From the NCBI RefSeq assembly GCF_964355755.1, contig NC_092676.1:6859888-6923887 (forward strand): 64,000 nucleotides of DNA. Direction: 5' to 3'. Each line of letters begins with the position of its first letter. The first letter of the stretch is position 1. A program made the translations under genes and the position numbers. Under the pieces are notes generated by a model, which worked only from the letters and a program-made list of their open reading frames with translations, ran no database searches and was not told the origin of the DNA. Of this stretch, positions 25,955 to 38,614 are shown piece by piece. The DNA comes from Antedon mediterranea. Lineage: Eukaryota > Animalia > Echinodermata.

Positions 25955-26756
25955 TTTTAGTCGCGTGGACGCGACTCTATAGTTCACTATGTCGGTCGGT
26001 TGGTCGGTCTGTCTGTCTGTCTGTCGGTCTGTCTGTCGGTCCGGTATCACTATGCGTTTTATCGCTTTCTGACCTTATCTTGATATCAGTTTAATCTAGC
26101 TAGGTCAATTTTTCACAGTATTTTCCTTATGGCCAGGAATCGATGTGGTTATGTTTTCACGGTGCGCAATAAAACATTACGCGGTCTACGCACGATTTAA
26201 CGAAATCACGTTTGTAATCATATCTTCACAACCATGAATCACAATTAAATAAAATTTGGTACTCATAAATTTCAGGGCATAAATCATCATATGGCAATAC
26301 AAATACGTGCGTAGCGCATGTAACGCATGCGTACGCACGCTTAAAATTTTCAAATTTTATTTTCGATGAAATAAGAGTACGTTTCAGGCAATTTTAAGCG
26401 TTTACAAAATTGCCATGAGTGCGCATATTTTTGCACGTGCACTGCGCGTTAAATGTTATTGCGCACTCTTTTTGCCCGATTTCTGTTTTCTTGACTTACT
26501 TTTCAACTCGAAATCACGTTATACGAGCACGTCAAAAGTGACAGGCTACGCACGTGTAAATTAAAAAAATATAAATGTTTTTAAACATTTCAACATTTTT
26601 AAACATGTTCAGTAATTTCGGTCAGTATAGTTCACTATGTCGGTCGGTCGGTCTGTCTGTCTGTCTGTCGGTCTGTCGGTCTGTCTGTCGGTCTGTCTGT
26701 CGGTCCGGTATCACTATGCATTGTAGCACGCGACTTAATGGCTGTTGGCCTTGTTT
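25955..26756. mobile_element. Helentron-associated non-autonomous element (HINE/DINE-1-like), copy 1
   Basis: T-run insertion site, subterminal inverted repeats agtcgcgtg / cacgcgact, (GTCY/GTCG)n microsatellites, short 3' stem ggctgttggcc; no TSD. Confidence 0.75.
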
Positions 26757-27121
26757 CTTATTAGACAAGTTTATTTTAATAGATTCACTTGCAAGATTAA
26801 TATGCCATGATAGGTCTATACTAATATTAATAATACAATACTTAAATTGTTGTTAGAACCAGGTGATAAGGGTGTAATTTATTTTACAAATAAAGTGCAA
26901 TTATTTGTCTTCATTTGTTTGGTTCAATTCAAGTAATTTAGTTAATTATCACGTTTTTGCTCTCTTTGTGCTGCTACAATGTTATACTAGACAAAGTATA
27001 TTTTACAAATTTAAAATCATTTATTTTATCACAACTATGTATGACAAGCGTTTACATAATCTAAATGCATTCGTTTATTTAATTATTCAAACGTGTGTCT
27101 TTCTATAACTGTGTATGTTTT

Positions 27122-27910
27122 TTTTAGTCGCGTGGAAGCGACTCTATAGTTCACTATGTCGGTCGGTCGGTCTGTCTGTCTGTCGGTCTGTCTGTCTGTC
27201 GGTCCGGTATCACTATGCGTTTTATCGCTTTATGACCTTATCTTGATATCAGTTTAATCTAGCTAAGTCAATTTTTCACAGAATATTCCTTATGGCCAGG
27301 AATCGATGTGGTTATGTTTTCACGGTGCGCAATAAAAAATTACGCGGTCTACGCACGATTTAACGAAATCACGTTTGTAATCATATCTTAACAACCATGA
27401 ATCACAATTAAATAAAATTTGGTACTCATAAATTTCAGGGCATAAATCATCATATGGCAATACAATTACGTGCGTAGCGCATGTAACGCATGCGTACGCG
27501 CGCTTAAAATTTTCAAAATTTATTTTCGATGAAATAAGAGTACGTTTCAGGCAATTTTAAGCGTTTACAAAATTGCCATGAGTGCGCATATTTTTGCGCG
27601 CGCACTGCGCGTTAAATGTTATTGCGCACTCTTTTTGCCCGATTTCTGTTTTCTTGACTTACTTTTCAACTCGAAATTACGTTATACGAGCACGTCAAAA
27701 GTGACAGGCTACGCACGTGTAAATTAAAAAAATATAAATGTTTTTAAACATTTCAACATTTTTAAACATGTTCAGTAATTTCGGTCAGTATAGTTCACTA
27801 TGTCGGTCGGTCCGTCTGTCTGTCGGTCTGTCTGTCTGTCGGTCTGTTTGTCTGTCGGTCCGGTATCACTATGCATTGTAGCACGCGACTTAATGGCTGT
27901 TGGCCTTGTT
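27122..27910. mobile_element. HINE/DINE-1-like element, copy 2 (near-identical direct copy)
   Basis: Same structure as 25955-26756 with different flanks. Confidence 0.75.
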
Positions 27911-28011
27911 TTTAAATATATTTTGTCTATCTTATTTGTTAATAATCTAAATCTAAATGAAATACAAGACATTAGATTGCAACATCACGGTTTTCATTTT
28001 TTCTTAATTAC

Positions 28012-28065
28012 CTTTACTGGAACTAGTTGTTTCAGCTGCATCTTTTTCATTTTTCTTACTATCAT
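28012..28065 (-). CDS. NLR-A linker micro-exon 2 (54 nt, phase 1-1; DDSKKNEKDAAETTSSSK)
   Basis: tttgtttctag|AT...AGTAAAG|gtaatt; open, frame-preserving. Confidence 0.7.
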
Positions 28066-28393
28066 CTAGAAACAAATTGTTAATTATTTGTATATGATTA
28101 ATTATGATGAGTATTAAAATTAAAGTATGCATTAAGTAGATAGTAGAGGCTAAATAAGTTTTTTTTAAAGTCTTGGATTTTTATGGATCCCATAGCATGG
28201 ATGTTCATATATTTTTTATTAAACTAAAATAACATTTTGAACATATATTTTTATTTTTGTTTCTACAAATAATTTCATTATAAGGAATATTCTAAAAAGA
28301 AATATTTTAAATGCTTTATTCACGAATTTAGTATTTGACTATGACATGCACAAACTTTACGGTTGTCGAAATTATGATAATTTCATTATATAC

Positions 28394-28447
28394 CTTTACT
28401 CGTTGCTTTACCTTCATTGGCTTCAAGTTCTTTACTCTGATCAAGAT
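28394..28447 (-). CDS. NLR-A linker micro-exon 1 (54 nt, phase 1-1; DLDQSKELEANEGKATSK)
   Basis: tatttatttctag|AT...AGTAAAG|gtatat; same length and ends as micro-exon 2. Confidence 0.7.
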
Positions 28448-29329
28448 CTAGAAATAAATAATGATTGATATTGTTTAATTAATTGTAATGATTAATACAT
28501 AATAGTAAATCAAAATCAAATCAATTTCTAAGAACCGGCAAATAATCATCCAATAAATTGAAATCATCAGACAATCATAATGGTGTATTGTTTACTGGAA
28601 ATGATTCACACAACGTGTAACATTTATTATATTCAATTAAAAATAAACATAAATTAATATCTCCTTTCATACATAAATGTCATAGTGAAGATAGCTTAAA
28701 AAGCGGGAGCTGCACTCAGACTTTCTCACCTCACTGATATACAAAAATGCCTCAGTTAATATTAGTATATATTATTCAAAAATTAGTAATTTTATATGTT
28801 ATTCAGTCTATTATATTTAACTAGTTTTGTGTACGATTTTATTGGATTTGATTCCAAAGATAAGAGATCAATGTTTAAATACGAAACCGTGTATGTTTTA
28901 ATTTTATAACGGCATACAATGTGTAACGCAAAATGAATTATATTTATAACAAAAACACACTTTTCCAAACCTTATATACAACCGATGTATTCAAATTGTA
29001 TTTACATTTATGTATAGGAGGATCATCAAATAATGACATTTTGTTGGAAATAAAGAGGTTTTAAGAAGAATGGGCACGAGTGGAGCACAAATACTGTATG
29101 AATGAAAGGAAGTAAAGAAAGAAGCGTTACAGAGGATAATTTTGTGGAATGAAAGTTAATAGGAAAAGAAACAGAGGCCGGGAAAAAATATTTTAGGCTA
29201 TTACTATTATATTAGAAATCATGAATAATTCATTACCTTATTTAGTTTCTATTATAAAGAATTGCAACATAGCTGATCTACTTCCTAAACCTAACCCTCT
29301 AAATAATCTCAACTATTAAAAAAAAACTT

Positions 29330-29392
29330 GATAAACCTTGAACCGAAGGCTTCAGTGTTATAGGTTAAAGCCTTTACCACTAGACCAAACAT
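29330..29392 (-). pseudogene. Degenerate tRNA-derived sequence (SINE head or tRNA pseudogene)
   Basis: Minus strand TGGTCTAGTGGTAAAG (A box) ... GGTTCAAG (partial B box); no proper acceptor stem. Confidence 0.4.
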
Positions 29393-30532
29393 TTTGGTTG
29401 GCAAGCACTGTAAGAAACTAGTAGGCCTACATTTTTCGAATGCGGTTACCCGGTGTGCTAGTTCACATACTGTCGTGGACAGACGTAATGCCGCCGTCGT
29501 TGGCTGCCGATGACACGATGTGACCCTTAGGGGAGAAGAATGTTGTTGAAAAAGTGTAACATCTAAGTCCACAGCGCTCTGATCTTCATGAAATAGCGCT
29601 ATAAATATCGCATTATATTATACTTATATAGCGCCCTCTATAATGTCCCGTATTTAAGATAATGAAGTATTCATGATTTCTGCCTTAACCTCATAGGTAA
29701 AAAAAATAATGCGGCCGGGAATAACATACACTAATAACAGAATGGACAGCAATGAGTTATGATGAATGCGCATTCCTCTTTGTAGGCCTATAATTATTGA
29801 TTAACTAAAAATAATGTTGGAACCAGTGATGATATGTGTGTTATTTTACAAATAAAGTGCAACTATTTGTCTTCCTTTGTTTGTTTCAGTACTGTAGTTT
29901 GAGAAAACATTATGTAGGAACTTAAAAAGCTCATATTGCTCTATTGATGGTTGCGCTGCTAACATTTTAACTTAACTTGAACTTTATTATCGCAATTCAT
30001 TATAGAAATAAATTGAAGTTGAACTTTAAATATCGCATATAAAAAATACAAAGCATAGCACTCGTAATCAAAGATAAACAAGATATCGAACAAATACACT
30101 CGCCGGGTTGTTCAGTATTTTAACAGTTCATGAAAACACAATGGTTTGTGTAATAAATGATTTTAAATTTACATAATGATAAATAAAATGTGTTACTGTG
30201 CGTTAGACAAGACGAAGCGTATTTTGAAAATTCAAAATCATTCATTATATCACGAGTATGTATAACAAGTGTAAAATCAACATCTAAATGCATTTGTTTC
30301 TTTTCTAATAATCAATACTGCATGTTATTCTTCTTTTATGTTTATACTGCATATGTTTTATTTTAAAACAGTATCGTAATTTTCAAACCGTCCTATTTTT
30401 TTTTGTTATGAGTCTGAATTAAATAATAAACATTCAAAATGCTGTATAGAAAAATGCTGTATTAGTATTCACTAATGTTATTTCTTTAATTGCGTAAAAT
30501 TAATGCAACATTGCAGATATTCAAATTAGATT

Positions 30533-30634
30533 TAGACTCTACAGCTCACTATGTCGGTCGGTTGATTGGTCGGTCAGTTGGTCGGTAAACACTAACTTTA
30601 GCACGCGACTGCAGCCATATATATGGCCTTGTTT
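30533..30634. mobile_element. Internally deleted HINE remnant
   Basis: gactctacagctcactatgtcggtcgg...tagcacgcgact...ggccttgttt matches the ends of the 25955/27122 elements. Confidence 0.65.
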
Positions 30635-30636
30635 TT

Positions 30637-30706
30637 TTTACTGGGAGCTACTTGTTTGGAACTCATTGCTTCACCTGCATCTTTTTCATGTTCATAATAT
30701 TACCAT
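30637..30706 (-). pseudogene. Dead paralog of linker micro-exon 2
   Basis: HEKDAGEAMSSKQVAPSK resembles NEKDAAETTSSSK; acceptor is ttctaa instead of ttctag, donor replaced by the HINE remnant; flanking intron matches 28070-28330. Confidence 0.6.
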
Positions 30707-31116
30707 TTAGAATTTTTCTTAATTACTTTTACATGATTAATACCTGATGATTATTAAAATTTAACTGTATATTAAATAGACAGTAGAAGTCTAAAAAGTA
30801 AAAACGAACAAATTGAAAAGCCTTACAATATATTAAGTAATTAGAAAGTCATAAATTGTCATGGATTTTCATGTCGGTTTATATGTTTTCAATTAAAACT
30901 CAAATAAACTTTTGTTACATACATTTCGTTCCACAAATAATTTCAATATAAAGAATATCTATAAAGAATCTAACCATTTTTACTGGAATTGATCTCAACA
31001 GTTATTATATTCAATTTATAATATAGAATGAAGGTTTTTAGTCATTGAAAAAAATCAGCACTAAATCTATCTCATCATTAAACTAAATAGTAAAATCCAG
31101 GCAATGAAATACATAC

Positions 31117-31645
31117 CTGTACTAAGTAGGCCGATTTCTTTCTGGGCTCGTTCCCCAAGAAGACTTGCAAACTCAGTTAACTCTTTTGGTAAAATGAGTC
31201 TCTTCTCCAACTCAAATACCACATCCCAGAGGCTTTTATGTGGATCTAGTCGATAATTTGCTGTAACCCTCCGTGTCGCAGCAGGAGATCCAGATTGTTT
31301 AACAGCCCGAAACAGTCGTTCTCGGTCTGGTTTCAACTTATTTTCACCAGTACATTTGATATTGTTATCTGTTATATACTGACGTACAAGATGTTCAGCA
31401 TCTTTTGGGCCGGTTAATCTGGTAATCTCCAACAAAAGGTTGACATCATTTGGTGTAATAACACCACAGCCACCTTCGCTATCGAGCTTGTTGAATAAAT
31501 CATGTGCAATGGTTTCTGCATCAGCAAGGTCTCCTAGTTGCAGATGATCACCTAGGCAAAATCTCAACAATTTGTAGTCTTCGCCTTCATAACACTTACT
31601 AAGTTGGGCTTTCAACCCTCTAAACTTACTCTCAAGGTCTGACAT
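31117..31645 (-). CDS. NLR-A first coding exon: tandem death-effector-domain-like (death fold) module
   Basis: FRGLKAQLS...DYKLLRFCLGD...HDLFNKLD...ITPNDVNLLLEI DED pattern plus second helical repeat; acceptor tttttgcag at 31666, phase-1 donor ACAG|gtatgt at 31117. Confidence 0.8.
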
Positions 31646-32305
31646 TATTCAAAACATGTGTTTGTCTGCAAAAACAATTTAATTTGAACATGTCGAATGT
31701 AATCAAGAATAAGTTTCATGTTGTATTTTTAATTTTGGCGGTTTATTGTGCGCTACTTATGGCTGTCTAATTGTATTTTACCGATGAGCTGGCTACAGAA
31801 TTAGAGTTAGAATTCTATTAGAGGAATATAAATATATATAATACAGGCCTAAACTGCTCTTTTTATATATAGCTTTAACCTTTAACACACCTCCTACAAT
31901 GCCCATTCCTACATTCACAAATTTTGCACTGAATAAACACACATTATAACGTTACAAATACAGTACTCAGTCACCAGTCACTGAACTGTACCGAGACCAC
32001 TACCTCGTGGTATTCCAATTTCAATGTTTCTTTTTTGTTGGACATTTTATTATCATATCATCAACCTGTGTTCTTTCACTAAGGACTTTTTTTTTTCAAT
32101 AGTGTGATCAACTGTATCGACTAATTGGCAAATATCTAAGAAACATGTTTCTTCGATCATTCTTCCTGCTCATTTAGAGATTCAATTCATTCATCAGTCA
32201 ATGATTGTTGGGCGATCTTATCTAAATTCTTATTAGTCTATATTTATTAATATTAATTTAAGCTGAATTGTTTAAACTAGATGGTACCATCTAGGTCGTT
32301 CCCAC

Positions 32306-33572
32306 AGATGGTTCTCGAATACACAGTAATTTCTGGGTAAAAAAACTAGCGATTTCAAATGTACGTACTGCAGGACTATAAAACATTGTCGTTTACAGAA
32401 ACAAATAAATAGACACAATGACTTATGTAGTCAACCAAAATTAGCACCCTGGGAATTTTCTCCGAAAGAGAAACTTGTCACAAATCAAAAATTTGGACTC
32501 ATTTAAACAAACTCAATTTGTGTTTTGTATCTAACATTAGGATTGAGGGTTGGGGATGATGATAGGTAAAAAAAGGAACCATTTTTAAATATATTCTTTA
32601 TATTAAATTATTCTGTATATTTCTTTATTATCCACTCAGTAACGAAATAATTTTTTTATAGGCCTATAAATAATATACGACTAAATAGAGTAAAACATTT
32701 CCGATTTAATAATTTGTTAAAACTGTCACTGTCATAGTCGATTGAAATAGTAAAGTACATGTAACGACCAGTACGACGTTTATATTTTTTGTAATTATTA
32801 ATTAACACAAACGCTGAGAAGCAACTGTCAGTAATAAAGTATTATATTACTATGTGTTTATAATCTAAAAGAAGACCCACACTCACAGTAATAAAGTTTA
32901 TTAGTATATTTGTTTATACTAGATGGTTCTCGAATACACAGTAATTCCAGCGAGAAAAAACTGGCGATTTCAAATGTACGTACTGCAGGACTATAATACA
33001 TTGCCGTTTACAGAAACGAATAAATAGACACGATGATTTATGTAGTCAAATAAAATTAGCACCCTGGGAATTACTTCCGAAGGAGAAACTTATCACAAAA
33101 TGAGTCAAATGTTTTTATCTGGACTCATTTAAACAAACCCAATTTGTGTTTTGTATGTAACATTTGGGTTTTTTTTTTTTATTTTTATTTTATTCAATTT
33201 TCAGGTACAACAATACATGACAATACAGCGGTGCAGCATCCTGAGGATTGCCATGAGTGCAAATCACTATCGAGATGGCTCTCCATATACTGCACTAGAA
33301 CATATAAGACAAACATATACACAAGATGCTCTACATAAACAAAGACTTATTATTAAGTCTTTGGGAGTGGAGTTGTAAATTGTCATGAGAAAAAAACCCT
33401 GACATATGACAGGACTTGAACCCAGGACCCTTAGATTGGTAGCCAAGCATCATAACCACCAAGCCACAGCTTGGTGGTTATGGAAGAAGATAGGTACAAA
33501 GAGAAAACATTTTTAAATATATTCTTGTCCACTCAGTAACGAAATATTTTTTTTTATGTTTTATAGGCCTAT
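32306..33572. repeat. Direct duplication of ~360 bp (32306-32668 and 32921-33572), second copy carrying a SINE
   Basis: agatggttctcgaatacacagtaatt ... tgtacgtactgcaggactata ... ccactcagtaacgaaata in both. Confidence 0.85.
33168..33470 (-). mobile_element. tRNA-derived SINE with A-rich tail
   Basis: Minus strand TGGCTTGGTGG (A box), GGTTCAAGTCC (B box), tail aataaaataaaaataaaaa; absent from the paralogous copy near 32540. Confidence 0.7.
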
Positions 33573-33586
33573 AAACAACTTAACAC

Positions 33587-34570
33587 CAATTATCGTAAGA
33601 AGAGTTAGGAAAATGCGAAGCATCCTCGTATTATTACGGGCGGGTATTTTCAAGATAGACATCCATTAGACAGTGTATACCACGATCGGAAAACACTCCT
33701 ATTTGGAGCAAATCGTTGAACCTAAATTCGTTTTAATTGTCAATAACTAATTGTCAAACTCAATTTAATTAGTAAACAGGGTTAAATCAGGTGGTTAAAA
33801 TCAGTACCGAAAGTACGAACCAACTTTATATACCATCGAGTAAACATTCTAGAAATAACGCGCAATTTACCGAATTTTGCCCTTATGTAAATTTATATAT
33901 AGATTATATCTAACAGTACCAACACACACAATAAGAAATTTGCGATTCAAATGGCGATCAAAAGTGATTAATACCTATTTACAGTATTGTATAGCATTAC
34001 AATACTATTTATGTTTATTCTCCAAATGCCCATAAATTTACCTACTTGTGTTAAACCATGGAGGTATGCAAGCATGGTTAAACCAAATAATTTGGAATGT
34101 TCCATTCATTGCAAATCAATACATTTGTATAATCGTATATTAAATCTATCAAAATAGTATTTTTTAAAGAAAATCGGCCTGTCTTCAACATTATGATGGT
34201 GTACTCTAGCTGTTCAACCGGTGTTTAGCTATTAAAAAACAATTATCGTAGGAGGAGATAGGAAAATGCGAAGCCTCCTCGCATTTTTGTGGCGGGTATT
34301 TTTCAAGATGGACATCCATTAGACAGTGTATACCACGATTGGAAAACACCCCTATTTGGGGCAAATCGTTGAACCTAAATTCGTTTTAATCGTCAATAAC
34401 TAATTATCTAACTTAATTTAATTAGTAAACAGGGTTACATCAGGTGGTTAAAATCAGTACCGAAAGTACGAACCAACTTTATATACCATCGAGTAAAAAT
34501 TCTAGAAGTAAGGCGCGATTTACCGAATTTTGCCCTCACGTAAATTTATATATAGATTATCCGCTAATTG
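33587..34570. repeat. Two ~320-bp direct repeats (33587-33908, 34240-34560)
   Basis: caattatcgta...ggaaaatgcgaagc...taaatttatatatagattat present twice. Confidence 0.85.
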
Positions 34571-36802
34571 ATCTATAGTCAATCTTTGTTTCTTATTTTA
34601 TCTTACTTATAGACCCCAAGAAGATGATGGATATGGTTATATTTAGACCTAAACAATTATACGATTCACAAACAATTACACAACATTACATAGAAGTAGC
34701 CAATTCTTCTAAAACAGGAAACTTCCAAAATCCACACAAACTTGTTGCTCAAAAAAAATGATTTAAAAAAGTATTTCTCTGTTTGAAACCATCTACCGCT
34801 CGGTACTTTACACATTGGCCAATCAATGTCACTTTGACCCCGTCCCCAACAAAAATCATTCCGTGCACCTAAATCATGTTCAAAACTTACCTTTGAATAT
34901 CAGATATGACAAGCAAAATTAGCTCTTTGAAAGCAATTATAATCTTTATGATTGATAAGATTCTCTTTTATTTTATTTACTTTGTCAACGAATTACGGAG
35001 CTATTAAACATAAAAAATACTAAAACATATTTCGTTTATGACAAATATAACCGCCTAAGATTATTTTATTGAAACTTATTCTAAACAAAATAGTTAAAAC
35101 GATATATTAAGACTCATGAAACAGTTCCATTTCACTGATCAATCACATACGTCCGATCTCCCGTTTAATCTAAGTTTTACTTCTAGAACTAGTGAGCCCT
35201 GTTAGAAAACGAACGGAAGAAAAATGATATTAATAGAAAACCCGACTGCTTCTGGTATACTGAACTTCTCACGCAAAGTACCTTAGATAATAGGCCTGCA
35301 AATCCTGTGGTGTGCTGTAATACAATTGATCTAGAACGTGATTGCTTACTTTTCTCACTGTATGAACAACAATGGAATAAAACGCCTGAGGTGGTACAAA
35401 TCAAATAACAGGCTTACTGTTATAGGTCCATGGTTATAGTAATAATCAACGATTATTCAGATACAGACATGCTCTTTTTATAATCAGTTTATTAAAACAG
35501 AATAAAATTGCGATAATCATCAGTATTAATCATTAGACACATTTTCTTTTTTAAGCAGACCAGCATTAGCAGACATCACCTTTACGAATATGCGTCATCA
35601 AGTAAAATATCTTTGTTTTATGTTATCTCTTCGGAATTCCAACTTGTCAATATATTATGCGAAAGATGAGGACAAGTTTAGTTTTTTATAATAATTGTAG
35701 CGCGTATACAAATATTTATCGTATGAAACTTTGGTAACATTGCTATTGCTATCAAATCTGACGTGAAAATACTACAAATTTAACAAATGCGTAGTGAAAA
35801 AATATATAATTATATAGGCCTGTATATAAAATGTATACACTTATACACCAGTAGCCCACTTTAAAAAACTCATGCGACATATTAAAATATGCTCAGACCA
35901 TTTCTTACTTAGTATAAGCCACTAACGCGTTTAGAGTGAGGACGAATATTACAACCAAACAATGATGATAATAATAATTAGCTTGTAGTGTTTATTAGGT
36001 ATTATTCTGTTGAAATTATTAAAGCAGTGCTTTCTCTAATAAATGAATATTCACCAATATAACGTTGTTGATGCGTTAGGATGCGGTTGACAAAACAAAT
36101 GACGTAGTATAGGGTCGTGTGCAAACTTTTCAATAGCGTATGTCAATTGATGCATGCCGCCTTATTTTAGGGCTAGTATCTCCATGGACAAATTGCGTAA
36201 CTAAACATTTTGAATATTGAGTCTGAACTTGAGTCTCACTTTTTTTCCACATAAAGTAGTTACTTAACTTACTGTTACATAAATCATTTGTTAATGAATA
36301 TAGTTTTTCTTTTTTCGTTTCACCTTAAAGCAATACGTGCAATTAATTTTTATTTTAGTAAATAGTTTTACGGTAGTATGTACTTCCCCGAAACCTTGAA
36401 ATACCAGAATGGTGTCCGGCGGGGTTTAGTTTTTTACCAACCCTGAAACCAGTTCTAGAAATATTGGAATGGTGTTCGGCTGGGTTTAGTTTTTTGCCAA
36501 CCCCAAAACCAGTTCTAAAAGTACCGGGATGGACCGGTGTTTCACCATGTAGTTTAAGTTCTATTTATTTCATTTCAATGTAAATATTGTTTTATATATT
36601 TACAAATGACAATAACTTTACGTTACTTACTCAATAATGTATGATACAATTAATTATAAATTAAATCAGTTGATTAAATTTAAAATATTAGATTTATTTT
36701 ATCTAAGTTCATTAGAAAAGAATTACATTTCAGGATGTTAGAAGCCACTAATTTATCAGACAAATTTAAAAAAACAGCATATTAGAATATTAGGACACTA
36801 AC

Positions 36803-37015
36803 CTCTCTCCGATGATGTAGAATAACACAAAGTATAGTTTCTCTATAACGTTAGTTTGCTACCAGGGAAGAGTGAGGAAATGAGTGAGTCTCACTCTTCC
36901 CTGTTTTGGTGGTTGCGTAGCGTATGCACGATATAATCTGTAGTTGACATCAACGGTTTTCAGATCTCAAATGATTCTGAACCCTGATACTAAATACAAA
37001 TATCCGTTATGGTAT
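36803..37015 (-). other. Putative non-coding exon 1 of NLR-A
   Basis: Conserved with 61722-61925 despite diverged flanks; GAGAG|GTTAGT donor; the DED exon has its own acceptor 20 nt before ATG so an upstream exon is required. Confidence 0.55.
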
Positions 37016-37174
37016 TGTAATAATCACAATAATAGATTCAACCAATGAAATATAAGCAAACAAACAACAATAACAAGATTTTAAAAGACCTGGATATATT
37101 TAACAGATATAATACAAAGAACGTCCAACAATAACACACAAAATATTGTTAACAAAAGGAACGTTAACAGATTT

Positions 37175-37600
37175 GGCAGGGCATATCGTTTCCTTTTATA
37201 GACACGTACCAGAATATTCCAGGGTTAACAAACTTTATCATAACTGAACAGTAGGGTTCTCTTCGCTGATTGTATGAAAAATGATAAATGATAAAAATTA
37301 GGCTGAAGGAAAATGAATATGTTTAAATAAATTAGTTAGTGTCACGTATATGACCTACAGTAAGACCTAAGACTAATACACGATTATGGCAGGGCATATC
37401 GTTTCCTTTTATAGACACGTACCAGAATATTCCAGGGTTAACAAACTTTATCATACCTGAATAGTAGGGTTCTCTTCGCTGATTGTATGAAAAATGATAA
37501 ATGATAAAAATTAGGCTGAAGGAAAATTAATATGTTTAAATAAATTAGTTAGTGTCACGTATATGACCTACAGTAAGACCTAAGACTAATACATGATTAT
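37175..37600. repeat. ~213-bp tandem repeat, 2 units (empty site for the foldback)
   Basis: Paralog of 2369-5511. Confidence 0.9.
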
Positions 37601-38614
37601 TCTACTCTCATCAAACATGACCTACACCAATAGAAAGGTGTTTACAAGTGCCACATTGTGGTACTTAATTTCTCTTTAAATCGATTCCGAACAGATTCAA
37701 ACTTTCTGAACAAAGACAAAAGTATGAAATATATACATAAAAAAACGAAAATAAAAAGTCGAAGATTCCAACATTTTGTTTATAAAGACTCCAATCCTAA
37801 GAAAATTCCGTTTGAGAGAATCAATTGAGCTGTTGAACTACTACAAAAAGCCAATCTTTGTGTTTATGGGCTTGTTGTAGTTTTTCCTAAACTATGCTTC
37901 TAATGAAGCTCTGATTTTGCAGAGTATCAGTTCCATTTCACTGATCAATTGCATACGCTAGATCTCTCATATTTATCTAAGTGTTACTACTATAGGATAT
38001 TGAAATTAGAGAAGCCTGCTAGAATACGGATGATTTTAAAAGAAATATTGACTTCTGACATGTTATTTGTATAATTGTATCATGTAAATCATGCATATAA
38101 AACTTCTCACGCAAGGTACCTTAGATAATAGGCCTGTAAATCCTGTGGTGCTGTAATACAATTGGTTTGGAACTTGCTCGCTTACTTTGCAATATTAACA
38201 ACAATAGCAGGAATGAAACGCTTGAGGTACAAATCAAATACCAGAATCACTGTCAATAGTCCATGGTTATAGCAATAATCACAGATTCACATAATTGAAC
38301 GAATATTATTCAGATACAGACATTAATTTTTCTAATCAGAGTATTAGAGCAGAATAAAAGTAACATATCTTATTTACTAAAATTGCGATATATCATCATT
38401 ATTATTCATTGGACAAGTTTCATTTTTGTAAGTAGACCAGCAGTAACAGAATCACTTTTACAAATATGCGTCAACTAGTAAAATATCTATCTTTATGTTA
38501 TCTCTTTGGAATTCCAACTTTGTCAATACATGCAAAAGATGAGGACAATTTTACATTTTTTAACATAAAACCATTTTTAAATAGAATTTTGTTTTAACAC
38601 ATTTTAGTCCTTGA

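Noticed and set aside
29236-29284. Candidate NLR-A micro-exon
   Set aside because: Contains an in-frame TAA in the phase-1 frame.
33400-33470. Functional tRNA gene
   Set aside because: A/B boxes present but no convincing cloverleaf; attached body and A-rich tail indicate a SINE.
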